64,000 bases of DNA from Octopus sinensis. Lineage: Eukaryota. A model generated the notes under the pieces. That model saw only the letters and a program-made list of their open reading frames with translations, was not told the origin of the DNA and ran no database searches. Location of the stretch: NCBI RefSeq assembly GCF_006345805.1, contig NC_043005.1, positions 34,286,001 through 34,350,000 on the forward strand, read 5' to 3'. A program made the translations under genes and the position numbers. Below, in pieces: positions 25,572 to 39,588 of the stretch (the stretch's first letter is position 1; every line of letters begins with the position of its first letter).

Positions 25572-28500
25572 TTTTACATACATGGTGACAATCCCTTTTC
25601 TCAACTGCATCAAGGGAGCAAGGCAGGATTTGTTGGCTGATATCTTTCCCTAGCACTACAGTGACATTGCTGATAAAATGACAGACACTATTATCAAATA
25701 TGAGGTAGAGTAGATTTATGTAGAAATGGAGGACAGTGTTCCACAGAGAGATTTTGATCATCTTCTTTTGGGAGGGATGTCTCTTCAGGATCTGAAAGCA
25801 ATAGAATTGCAATACAATTGTGAATATTGAAGCATTGACCTTGTTGCTGCACCAGTAACTCCTCTCCATACACTAATTGCAGACTAAATTTAGTGAGGTA
25901 ATTAAGTAAGAGTTATTTTGCTTCCCAATCAGTCCATCATTGAAACTGGCTGCTCAAAGCAAAGGAGATGAAAGATGAACTTTATGCTCACTGATGGGCA
26001 TGTTAGTGATGTTGAGCAGCCAACTACTTGCTGTATTCAAACATTTAGATACCATGGAGGTGACATGGAGCAACAAATAGAAACAAGGTTAGTTGTGGAA
26101 AAACCAGGGGAAAAAAAGATAACTGAGGGTCATTTGTTGACCAACTTATGTTAAATGTAAAAAAAAAAAAACCCCAAAAGCATGCAAGTTTGTTCTATCT
26201 GCCAGTGCTTGTCTACAAAACCACTTGAAATAAGAAAGCCAATACCAGTGAATCACATATCTGCAGGGACCTTTACAAATTCAACAAATTGTCTACCTAA
26301 CAGATCTAGCAGAAGAGAGTAGTGTTACTGTGTGAGGGTAAAATAATGTTAGAATTGACAGGATCCAGTACCATTGTTCAAAAGTCATAGGTGATCTCTC
26401 ATGGAGAACTTGTGTTCCAACCCAACCGTTGCTGTCATCTGGAATGTGAGCAGTCACAGAGTATGGTATATTGTCTTTTTATGTATTGATATAAAGGGGA
26501 CAGAGCCTTTCAGGTAGACTGCTTGATGCATACTGGTATTGGTCATAAACTTTAGCAGCAGCCACCTGGTACTGATGATACCTAAGATACTTTTGAGTTG
26601 CAGATTGTAACTTTTTGTTCTATGTAATGCCACTGATGTCAAAGATGTATTGTGAAACGGGCTAATTAAAGCAAGTTTTGAATCCATAAGATAATTCATG
26701 ACTAATAATTATACTTTTCTATGTATAATTTTCTAATTATGTTTATGACCTTATAAATAATTCCAGAAAGACTTTTTACTTGATGTCTTTATTCAAAGCA
26801 GAACCTATATGAAAATATCTAAAAATCAACTGTCACTAGAAAAATTAAGGTATGGCAACACAAAGGGACACTGCACACTTTTACCGTGAACCTTGGGTCA
26901 AAAATTTTATTTCGTGTTCAGATAGTTAAAATAGACCATTAGAAAAATACTCAGCAGCCATAAGAGGAAAAAAAAATTATTGTGACCTCTCTATAGCTTA
27001 TTCCTGTTGTATTTCTCATGTAGCTACCTCTGATTTACTTCTCAGATGCTTCCTGAACTCAAAAGTGTAAACATCTTTCATATTGCTTGGTTTTATAGCT
27101 TATATATGCAGGTGCATTGTAGAAATTGTGGTTTTTGCTATCTTCCTTCTTATAAGAAACAGATTTTCTTGAATGGCAAATTAAGTATTCCAAATGTTTC
27201 TACTACATTTACACTATAAATGTACTAAGGATAAAGCAATTGCCATGACTTTTTGAGCTTTCTCTAGTCTTCCTAGTTTAATTTAAGTTTATTCATCTTA
27301 CCAATTTATGAGTTATATTAGTTTTGGATAGGTTGCGTTCTAGTGTGAAAATTCTTGATCAAGTTGTTTGCAAGGTCAGATATTTTGACTCTATGTTGCT
27401 GATGTATAATAGATATTTTGACTCCATGTTGCTGATGTATAATATGTATGTGGTATGAGTGCACATACATATCCTTTCTTAATGAATTATATCGATTGTA
27501 CTTTTTTTAGAAATTATTGTACCAGACCAAATATCATAGATGTTATTTCATAATATTCCTCTGGAGAGATTTTTGTTGCATGAAGAGATAATTGTTCAAT
27601 GATTGTAAATTAAAGACAAGATAGGTTTAAAAATAAGTGCTATGTATAAATGCTTGTTTACAAAGAAGTTGTGTAAAAGGCTTATTTATAATGTTGGAAC
27701 AGACTGAGTGATATGTGAGTGTGATACAGTTAACATTGAAATAAAAATAATATATAATTGTTGGCATTTTTCTTATTCGAAATTGCATTTTAAACAAACT
27801 TTTAATTGATATTGGTATGTAAACATTATATATTATGGAATTTCTGAAAAGAACTCTGTTACAAAGAAAGTTTTTGAAAGAATTTATAATTTATTTATGA
27901 AAATAATTTCCAATTTGCTCTTGTTTCTGTTGATGAATTTTTAAATATTTTTCAATGCAGTCAACTTGAAAATTTACTCTTATTTATTTATTTTGTTTTG
28001 AAATTGCTGAAAGATAGTATAATTGGTTACATGTTTCCAATAAGTCAATCATTTCTGAAGATGAATGATAAGGGAGTGTCCATGTAACTTGTTGCAGAAC
28101 AAATATCACAAAGGATTTCAGGCAGTTTTTGGTCTTCTCAACGATGTTTGCATACTTTGTTGGCATAAATCAGTGAAAGCTACTAGTTCACATGCACCCC
28201 CTCTCTCTTTCACACATACACATGCACACATGCATGCACACACACACATACAATGTACATTCATGCAATTTATTTTCTCTAGTGAATCCTATTGATGAAG
28301 CATTAATTGACCTGAAGACATGATTGGATACCAACCATAACTGATTTGAATGGTACAATTAACCTATTAAATGATTTTAACAATACAGTTTACTAATTAA
28401 CTTACTTTAACAATATAGGTTCCTTATATTATGTGTTTTGTATCAAAAGTTGTACATAATTTAACTACAACTTATTGATAGTAAAAGGAGCTAAAAAGTG

Positions 28501-29979
28501 AAAGTAACATTATATAAATCAAACAAAAGAAACAAGAAACACAAGGCCTTCTTGACTTTATTTTACATTGACCCACATACAAGAAAATAATACATCACTT
28601 TTCTAGGACATTAATAATAGATTTACTTATACATTTAAGATCTTTGTATAAATTTACTTAATCCAAAAATATTTTATCCTAGCAGTTTGCTCTTTTCTCT
28701 CCCTCACATGCAGTTTTATTATAAAATTTAATGTTGGTTTGCCAAGTTGTTTTGTTAGATTAATATACAAACCAATATTATTTCTTAACATGCTGATTAC
28801 ATTGTATTAACTTTTATTGCCAAGCAGCATGATTAAATTTTGTTGGAACGAGAATAATTGAAAAGTCTTTTATCAACCTCAGTATAATGAAATGTGGAAG
28901 TTGACTCTTACAAGATTTGAACTAAAAATTTGGAAGTTTGCAACTAAATGTTTTAGTACAGTGAAACTTTATTTCTGATTTTGGCTATTCATTTTTTGGA
29001 GAAAAAAAAGAGCATAATCTACATAACTTATTGCAGCATTTTGTAAACTTTTTAGCCTTGAGTAACCCTTGAAATACATTACATGTTTCAGGAAACCCCT
29101 GCTTAAAAATTATGCATCTTCGTTCATTTTTTTTTTCTATTACATTAAATAAAATTTCATAAGACAGTAAGCAAATCATAAAACTATCATTACGACTTAA
29201 CCAAGTAGTTAATTAAACCAGTTTCTTCCACAATTCCATCTTTGGAGTTAATTTTTTTCTCTGTGGAGTCACCCTACTATCTACAGATGCCATTACTTAC
29301 CTACCTTTAGAAATTTGCTTATATAATAAAATTACAAAAATAGAGTTAAAGGGAAAAATTACTTTAAAATATATTTACATAAAATTAACCTGTTATGTAA
29401 TTAATTATTTCTCACAAGAGCTTTTGCAATCTCTTGTTGAACTCTAACATTCTGGGGAAACCTTGGTTAAGAAAGGCTGATGTATTATATAAGCTATTAT
29501 CAGCTCAGTTCATCATTGTCACTTTTACAACCTATTTGAACTATTAAGGCAACAGCTCTTTACAATCACTTTTGTACAATTTTGTATTTAACATCTTTTG
29601 AATATCTTTTTTTATCATTATTCTTTTAAAAGATTCTCCTATTGAATTTTCATGATATTGTAATATGTAATCTTTGACAAATAAGCTATTATGCTGCTTA
29701 GGATTACAGAATACAATATATTTGAATATTTTTGATTGTGTGATCATAACTGTTTTATTAGATATACAATACGGTAATTTCAAAATAAATATATTCTTGA
29801 TGTATAATTTACTCATTTATTTAGTTTATTTAAAGAAGAATGCTTAATGTTTTTTTTTAGTGATTTAAGATTTTGAAATATAGAATATTTTAATTTAAAG
29901 GACGAAACTTTTTTCAGATGTTGCTGCAATATTATTATAAATTATATTAGTATAACATATATATATATATATATACTAT

Positions 29980-29980
29980 G

Positions 29981-30020
<40 letters not shown>

Positions 30021-30035
30021 TAGTAATAATAATAT
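29980..30035. repeat. (AAT)n microsatellite
   Basis: Visible run. Confidence 0.9.
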
Positions 30036-31349
30036 ATATGTATATATTATAATAGTACATTTCTTTCCAGCCTAATACTGGTTTTTATTTTATCATAGGT
30101 TTTTAAATATCCATTTCCACCATTTCTATATGTAAGTGTTAAAAATAATTTCATGTTGCTATTTCTAGTCTTTTTTTTTTTATTAGTTTTCTTCCTACTA
30201 ATAAATAACATGCCTCTAGGACTGTTTTATTTGAGATTCAGACATATTGATGTGGGTGATAACTTCCATCTATGATCTTTCTGTAGAAATATTTTATTGA
30301 TATAGTAGTTTCCAAGTATACATTTTTTTCAATTCAAAAATATTACAACTAAGAAATAAACTTCAGATTGATGCTCTTTAAGCAATATATTCATCATTAT
30401 GATTTGAAATAAATATAATTTTAGAATTTTCTATTTTCTATTTGAAGAACTTATATTTGTTTATGGTAGAATCAACAATTAGTTAAAGTATAAATTTAAT
30501 TCATTATAATTTTATATGATGCAGATGGATTTTATGATCTATATAACCTAATAGTTTATTTTATTAACTACTGAAGCTTAGTATCCTTATTTTGACCATA
30601 ACTTTTTAAAGAAATGTTCCTTTCCATTTACAGCATAAACAGTAAATAAAACTAGCAGTGATTGTTTATTTTGGGGTGAAAAAAAAACAAAAACAAATCA
30701 ACATAACATATTACAATGTTATATAAACTATTAATAACTCTATGTAATTTTTTTTATATTTCCTCATTAATAATTCTTACATTGAAATGATGAGTAAATT
30801 TCAGCATACAAAAGATGTGGTATAAAAAGAAAATACAAGAAATTAATGCTTTAATATTTATTTGCTGTAAGATTTTCGATTTTTGAATTTGTAATACTTC
30901 AGAAGCAGAAACAGGGGAGGAAAAAAAGCCCATTGAGTTTCCATAATCACTTTTATTATATCTTCCACTACTTTTCTAATGTTATCATTATTATCATCAT
31001 CAATTTTATTATGAAAATGATTATTTTCCATGTTGGCATGGGTTGACAAGGACTTTATTTATATATTCTACTTACAATCATTAATAATCTTTTAAGATCT
31101 AATCAAACTTCTACCTTTCAGATTTCTTTCACCTAACCATAAAACTATAACAGTACCTGACATGTTCACTTTACAACCATATTTCTAGGTTCAATTCTAT
31201 TTTGCATCACCTTGGTCAATTGCATATTTATCCACTTAATAGAAATCAATAACATAAGTGTGCTGCTAAAATAAGCATTGGGATTGACTAAATACCTTGA
31301 AAGAGGTTCCCTGACTGAAGCCAATTATGAAACATCTGTATTTTATTTA

Positions 31350-31912
31350 CCCTCTATTGCTACTCTACATTATATTATCATCCTGTATTCACCCTCAAAT
31401 AGTATTATACAACAATAATTTTTCTTATCTTCATTATTTCTTGTGCTGTTAACAAGTGTACCTTACTGGAAAAATCTGTCCATTAATTCCGAACCATCAG
31501 TTTTTATTGTCATATTTCATTGAACAATCATACCTCATTTAATCTGTTCTTTGTAAATGAAGGAAGTTCATTTATAACAACTTTGCTCATGTTTGTTCCT
31601 CACCCCATGCACATGCTAATGTTAAGTCATTTCAATGATACAATGATTCTACTTTCAATGATCCTTGATTATCTTATTCTTTTAATTGCATGACATATAA
31701 ATTATATCTCTGTATCTCCTCTCTACCAAGTCACTGAGTTTATGCTTCCTGTTTCTCATACTAAATAGGGAAATTTCTTTTCTTTCTTTCTTTTCATAAC
31801 TTAGTTGATGTTTGAAAGTACCATCTATAAATACATATCTTAAAATTTGAAATCCTTGGATTTCAAATTTATTCTGTAGTTCCTGTGTTGACATTTCTTT
31901 GCAATGTTTCAA
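31350..31912 (-). mobile_element. Possible MULE transposase relic
   Basis: YVFIDGTFK resembles the first catalytic-Asp motif of MULE transposases; downstream sequence heavily decayed. Confidence 0.35.
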
Positions 31913-31934
31913 GTATTAGGCAAAATATAGACCC

Positions 31935-32235
31935 ATGCAGCATCACATAAAATCACCTGTGCAGTATCACATAAAAGCACCCATGTAGCATCACATAAAG
32001 CACCCGTGTAGTGCCATGTAAAAGTACCCATGTGGCATCACATACCCATACAGTGTCATGTGAAAGCACCCAGCACACTCTGTAAAGTGGTTGGCATTAG
32101 AAAGAGCATCCAGCCATAGAAATAATGTCAAATCAGACTAGAGTCTGGTGCAGCCCCCCAGCTTGCCAGCTCTGGTCACACTGTTCAACCCATGCCAGCA
32201 TGAACAATGGACATTAAATGATGATGATGATGATG
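31935..32235 (+). mobile_element. RTE LINE 3' UTR/tail copy with ~22-bp subrepeats
   Basis: (gcacccatgtagcatcacataaa)-like units, shared 3' module, (GAT)n tail. Confidence 0.8.
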
Positions 32236-33169
32236 TGGAACCTACTACGTTGATACAAATCTATTAAAACTCTTGTTGTTTTGTACCAAGTCTTTCCTAA
32301 TGGAGAAAATCTGTGATTAAAGGAATTCTAGCCATGACTATCTCATCTTTCTATGTAACAAGGACTTCATTGTCCAATGTATTGTTCTTATTTTAAAACT
32401 CTAGGGTGTGATTTGAGAGAGATTTCACTTGTTATTTCTAGCTATCCAAGTAACTGTGTAGAGGCTCTCTTGATGGCTCAATTAAGACTTTGATTTACTG
32501 TACTATAAACTGCTATAGAATTAAAGAATTGTTTCATTTAATTTAGTGCAACAAATTATTTTCAACCCATAATGTTATTTTATTTGTTTTCCTTTTTACT
32601 GTGGGATATATAACTTTTTGTTGTTATTTATCAAAATACTCTTAAAACAATCATTAGAAAATGTCTTCCATTCTCTGTTGTGAAAACAAAATAAAAAATT
32701 AGTCACAACAAATATAATGAAATGACAATAAGTATTGTACTACAGTAGTAATATAGTAACAGGATTATAGGAGTTTTCAAATATTTTAATGGTAAATAGC
32801 AGTGTGTTGTGTGACATTGCTGGGAGAAAAACTGTTTTTGACCCTGGTTATTTGTTTAAAAGCAAATGTCAGATCTTCAAGTTGTAGTGAGTGATTTGAA
32901 CAATATCTTAATATGATTCAGAATTCTTCCTATACACAGTGGATTGGTTAAACTCTTCTATACATGGGAGTAGAATACCATATTTGTGTTAACAGTCACT
33001 ATAGATTGTAAATCCCTCTTGCCCAAATATGAACTAGTTACTATCATACACTGCAATGTATCTGAATGCTGTCAATTGTGCATTAATAAATGTTGGTAAA
33101 TCTTGAAGATGACAATTTCATTGTCCTAAGAAAATACTGTTCTTGTTTGGTTCCCCCCACCCACCTCCT

Positions 33170-33335
33170 GGTCTGACCTATGATCAAAGATATTCCAGTA
33201 TTGACCATCTTATCTTTTGTATATTTAGGATCACCTTGTTCAGTGTGTCCTCCATGTTTTAAGACATAAAGGTATGATAGGAGGGAATCTGGTTGTTATT
33301 TGTAGCTGGTCAATCTACTGCATAGATATTCTCTT
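33170..33335 (+). repeat. Unclassified ~170-200 bp interspersed repeat; other copies ~32320-32475, 42095-42255, 42415-42600, 45205-45355, 46155-46325, 63570-63715(-)
   Basis: Shared skeleton acctatgatcaaag...ccagccatgaccatc...atttg(a)gggagatt...gctatttctagc. Confidence 0.6.
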
Positions 33336-34059
33336 ACTGCTTCATTCATCACTAGGGAACCTTAACAGACTAAATCATTTCTATGATCTGGATGCTAAGA
33401 AACTGGAATACACAAACTTTTCCCCCCTCATTCTTGCTGCTGTTGATGGAAAATATACAACCTGTGGCACACCACTTCTTGAGAAAGGTTGGTCTATGTC
33501 TGCACTGTAACCTAAGTCCTTGATCTTTTAATGCTATTTGTTAGGTTATTATTAGGGCTTAAATTAATAACAACCTGACAAATGATAATGTGAGTAAACA
33601 TGTCTCCCTCTCTTATTTGTTATTGTAAATGTTATTTGCAAACATTGATACTCATAGAGGTGTAGATTAGAGAAGAGTATAGTGTAAGGAGTTCAGAACA
33701 CAGCTTTGTGCTGAAACACTCATTTATTTTGCTGCAATAAAGAAAATTAATCTACATCCTTAATCCATACTTTATTGTGTGTGTATGTGTGTTTCTTAAG
33801 AGAAAATATGTTTGTTATTCATTATTCTGTTAATTACTATAATTTCTAAAATAAGTAAATTATTTTGAGTTTTTAGTTGCATGAAGTTAAAGCAGTTTTG
33901 TTTTTACTTGCTATTATCCTTGTACTAATGTACACACATTGAATGACATCTATTTTCCTAATTTATTTCTTCTAGTTTAACATTTTGTAGATTAGTTCAT
34001 CATTTTATTGCATCAACCATGATTTTCATAAATAATATTCATTTCACAAATAAACATAG

Positions 34060-34125
34060 GATTTACCTGGAGATGTAGACAGTGTATTTGCGGAAGGTGA
34101 TAAAGAAAACAGTCTAACTACACAA
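34060..34125 (+). CDS. Second coding exon of host gene: DLPGDVDSVFAEGDKENSLTTQ
   Basis: catag| acceptor, 66 nt open in phase 0, strong donor caa|gtaagt; joins in frame to the 17801-17923 exon. Confidence 0.7.
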
Positions 34126-37100
34126 GTAAGTATGTTTCATTCTGCATGGGTCACTCTCATATTCTGCTCATTGTACAGTTTTATAAATCTCGTCTCAGAT
34201 TATTTCTTTATCTGTGATCAATGTTTCCTTTAGCTAAGCAGTTTGATTCCTTGAAAATCATTCAATTATATATTGTTATAGATAATTCCTATGATAAAAA
34301 TTTCAAAAATTTGAGGCAATTATCTAACAGAATTTTACTATAATAAATTCACTTAGAAGAAGAATATATATTCAAAGTAGAAAAGTTATGGAGACAGATA
34401 CTTTGATATCAACTACTGTTTGCTATTGTGATGGAATGGAAAATAAACCACATTCTAGTTATTTCATTGTTGCTGTTAGCAATTAATGTGAAAATATTTA
34501 AAGCATCAGGGTTTGTTTGATCAATGATTTCTTCTTTTGTAATAAACTGATTTCAGAAATCTAGAAATGGGAATTTTAAAACATTAATATGTATTTGTTC
34601 TTCACATAACACCTAGATAATGTTTGAAGCTGTAACCAAAAGTTTGGCTTTCATTTCACAATTCACCGACATATATATATATATCAATAAATTGTGAAAT
34701 GAAGGCTAAACTTTTGTTAACTATGGGACAAATTATTTTCCCGATATTGCTGCAGCATTTTTTTTTTTTTTTAGTTAGTAATAATTGCAGTTAATAGCAA
34801 TATAAACTGAAAAACTTTTGTTTATTTTCCTGTCTGAGAAGATGGTAGTTATAAGGTGTGGTGATAAAGCAACTGCCTCCATATATAAACTCATTTTCTT
34901 TTATTGAGAACTGATATATAGCTTTCTCATAGTCATAATTATGGAAACTTTTCCATTTATTCAAACATTAGTCTTACCTTCTCATTTTCAATATCTTAAA
35001 AATCAACATTATTATCAAAAATCTTTCATGGACACTTCATTATAAAATCTGAAAGCAAACATTTCGATAACATATATTGTTGCCATTTAATCATTTTTCT
35101 CTTCATATTTTAAACTCAAAAATTCTCTGAAAAATGTAATTTTGTAAATTCATAAAGAAAATCACAAATTTCTCAGTAAACCTTCAGAAATATAATGAAA
35201 AAATATCCAAAGTAAATATTTGAAGTAAATAATATTCCTCCCTTTCACTAAGCTGTATATCATGTAAATACTATATATAGTATTTGTTTGTGCTTGTGTA
35301 TAATCATTGTTTTCACATAAATGGCCTTTTTTGGTAGCATTTTAATGATTCACTGAGCTGCAATAGTCTATCTCTGTAATTTGTGTTGTGTTTTCAGTGT
35401 TCAAATAAAATTAGTGAAATCTCATTCTACAAGCTTTATATTTTAGTCAGTGTTTTGTAGTTAGATCAGTTTGAGATAAATATCAGTTGTGAAAAGTTAG
35501 AAATAAAAGACAAATTAACAATTATATGAAATCCTCATTTAGAAGTTTTGTAACATGAAAACCTGATGACTCATAACAAAAGTATAATCGTTAACATCTA
35601 TTTTGATAAATGTCTAATATATCAAATGAATATCATGAAGTTTTGGTTATTTTTTTCAACATTATGAAAATAGAAATGAAAAAATTTATATAATTGTTAA
35701 TTTTCTGCTTAATTTATTACATTTGATGTTTGTCTTTATTTCTCTGTGGTTTTCTAAATAGTTGAGTGTTGTGTATTGATGACTCATTTTCTTTAGTTTG
35801 GTACAATGTCAGCAACTTTGAAGAAACTCTTGTAAACAAGTAACTCATTCAACAGTATTCGTGATTTGAAGAACTAAAACCATTCTGTCACTCTCTGTGC
35901 CGCTCATGCTCTCATTCATTTACTCTTTCTCCTCTCTCCATCCTCTCTTTCTTTTTTCTCTCACCTCCATACATATCATATATTTAACAAAGTTTTAAAA
36001 TTAGAGATTCTCTAATCAAAAAAGCTAAGAAAGAAATATATCTGTGGAACATATTGATGTTTCTTGTAATATTGGTTACTACAAGCCATGTGTTGTAATT
36101 AAAACCTAAATGTAATCAGTATAAAGTGTTCTACTTTAATCAGGTAGGTAGTTAACGTGCATGTATTAGTTTTTGTTATCCGTAATTCTTTGTGAAATTG
36201 AAAAGATTTTCTTCCATAAGCAGTAAAATTTATCCAATGTTGCACAACTTGCTGTAGCTGACTTAATTAGATTTTAATATTTTCTATGTGTCATAAATTC
36301 TCATTATTAATGTAGTGTCTGTCACAATATTTCAATGAACTATTGTAGTTTTTGCTACTGTTTACTACCAATCAACATTTAAAAAATTATCTTTATTTCA
36401 GAAATTATTTTGAGCAGTACTGTAATTATAAATATAAAAAGCTTCATATATACAATTGTTATTTTGATAATTCATTCAGAAATATCAATATATATATATG
36501 CATGCACACAAATACACACACACATTATTGCATTGACAGTACTTTTTCTATTGATAAAATAAAATACTGCCAGAATCTGAAATTTTCTTGTTATTGAAAA
36601 TTAAATTGTTTATTTCACCAATATCATCTTAATATTATTTTTTCTTTTTTTGTCATTTTGACAGAAATTTTGTATTTCATGATGAAAATATTTGGAGTGC
36701 CACTGTCATAATTTTAGTCTGTCTAGAATGTTATATAAATGTTAAAAAATAAATTGGATAAAATTATGGATAAAATTTTCAGATCCAATTCAGATCCAAT
36801 TCAGCTTTGTAAATTTTATTTTAAGTTCCTCTTTAACTGTCAAATAATATAAAATTGAGGTAAAGCAGCAACTCAGTTTGAAGTTCTGTATGAATTTTAA
36901 AATTATTGTTAGAGTTTATAACATATTTTTCTCTCTGAACTACCTAAAGTATATTATACTTCTGGGTCTAAAGAGATTAAGACATTGTTGAAAACTCCTT
37001 CATATCAAAACTTCTGTTTGGAAAAACCTATTTAATATTTATAACCTGTCAATATTATTAACTCTAATAACATTCAATATTATTATTTTTGTTGCAACTT

Positions 37101-39557
37101 TTTTATGTTTTAATTACATTCATCGTATGTTACAAACATTAAACAGACTTTGACATAGCCACTTTAGTACAAGTATGTTATATGTCATTCTGTGTTATTT
37201 AATATCAAATGTTGCTTATTATATTTCTTTATTCCATTCATTTAGTTATAGTGAAACAAAATGAACATTTTAAAGGAATATGAAACTAAGTCTTTTGTTT
37301 TTCAAGACAAATGTCCTCATCAGAGGGAATGTCCTTATTAACCATTATTGAGAGAAATGGAAATAGAAAGTACATACCTCACTCCATTTATAAGTTGATC
37401 CTTGTTTTTGGAATCAACTTGTTAGCATATCAACTTCTGTTTCTTAATAAAATGGACTGTACTATTTGCAGCTTCACACTATCTGAATTGTTTACCAAAT
37501 TCTGCAATGTTTTTTTTTGTCCATCTCTCTGTATATGAAGGTTGCACTTGAATGTGTTGATAAACTATTCACTTTTTCTATCCTAGCTGGCAACTGGTAG
37601 AACAGCTTCACAAACTTGCCCAAACTAGTTTGATCAACACCAGTTAAATTTGAATGTCTATTCAGTGTATACCAGCATCATATTAGCCAAGGCTATACAT
37701 TCTGTCCTTTACTTCTTGGAAAGATGCCCATATGGTCAACTAATGCTCTAGACAGCACATCGTGTTACATTATTAAAAAAATGTGGACAATGACCTAATG
37801 CTATTTCCAGAGATAAGATCTGAAAGAAATACACCACTTTCAGTTATTACTCAGCTTAATCAATTCCACTGCATACTTGAACTGAGGCTGGGTGGTAATA
37901 TGTAGTCTACTCAAAACAAAGGAAGATATATCTTCCTTTACTCAGCATTTGTAAACCTTTAGAACCTGAACTCCATGTGTGAACAAATGAAATTGCCCTC
38001 CACATCACCATTTCTAATGGGATTTAATATATAATATATCATACAGAGAGATTTGGGACTCTTGTCTACAAAAGGCTGTGAGCCAGACTTTGTGACTGTA
38101 GATTATCAAATACTGTTATGAACTAGTCTGCTATCAATGGGAAAAGGAACAACAATTATTTGACTTCTTTTAATCATTACTACTGTAGAGGAAGCTTGGA
38201 GAACTGGTTAAAAGGCAATAATGAACTTCCATCTGACATGGATATTTGTGCTGAAAATGTTCACAAGTTTTTACTGTTAAAAGTATTTGCTTTTACAAGG
38301 CCCTTGATACCCTGTTATTTAAATGCCCCACACACATACACCTTACTTTCACATTGTTTCTTGTTCATCACTAACTTTCAACATAACTGTACTGACTTCT
38401 TTTCCAGGCCGTGTTAATATGTTTCATGATAAATACCCAACAATTATCAGATAATCTTTATTAAAAAAGAAACCCTACTCCTTGGTGAAAGTCTGTCTTT
38501 GACAGTGTTATATAATTTTAAAAAATGAGGTGGATGTTATAAAAAATATTGTTATGCACAGTTGTTTGAAATTGAGCTTTCAGATAGTGACAGACATCTT
38601 CATATTGATATATTATCTGATTTTGGTTTGACAAATTGACTGTATAAGTCACAACGGTGAACAGTTTCTGGCTAGAAAATTTAAAAACAGTTTTTTGCTT
38701 GGATGTATTCTAAAGAGCTGTTACAAAATCCAACAAGAAATCAAAATTCATGGTTAGAAAGGCAATACAATGTCATTACTTTACTCCTAATTTTTTTCCA
38801 TGCTAGGATGAGTTAGATGAATATTATGGCACCTCACTGCTTGTTGCAGTATTTCATCATTTGGCACATACAGCAAAATTAATCTTTGTTTTTGTGCATA
38901 ATGTAGTTTTTCTTTAGAGTAGGATGGAGCATAGTTTTTACAGCTAGGTATTCTTCCTTTCACCATCCACTTCACAACCCAGATTGAATGTATTTTATTG
39001 AACCACTGATACTAGAAAGATTTTCTACAGCACAGCTAAACAGTCCTATCTGCATTATATCATTTTTTATTCCAACTTAATATTCTCCTAGACAAGTTGT
39101 TGGCACTACAACTTGCAGAGTCATGTCTCCTCTGGCTGTATTTTTATTTTTATTTTTTTTTGAAGTGGTGACAATTTATTTTATTGGCTTTGGTTCACAA
39201 AAAGAATTGTTAAAAACAGATTTCTATGTTGACTGTTTTGATTTTATCTAATAAATAACCTGTTACAAAGTAGTTTCTTACATCATCCCATATTTCATTA
39301 TTAAAAAATTAATTTTTGTGAATTAATAGAAATTTCTAAGGATCAATTATGGCTATTGGGTTGGTTAAAAAATGAAATTTTATTTGGTAAAAGTATTTAT
39401 TACTGTAGTGTTATTCATTAAAAGCATTTTTTCTAGTACTTTGCTTTGTTTTTTTTATCATTTCAAGTTATTTAAGCATAAATGAGATCAACTGTTGAAA
39501 TGGACATTTTACAACTCAGCTATGAATTGTAAAGATATTCTCAACAAAATAGTAAAG

Positions 39558-39588
<31 letters not shown>

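Noticed and set aside
25590-26700. Higher-complexity stretch with short ORFs
   Set aside because: No recognisable domain or splice-consistent exon; left unannotated
27378-27443. 33-bp direct tandem duplication
   Set aside because: Only two units; ordinary slippage, not CRISPR-like (no spacers)
37400-38460. Higher-complexity stretch, possibly an old MULE or LINE relic
   Set aside because: No convincing motif in any frame I translated
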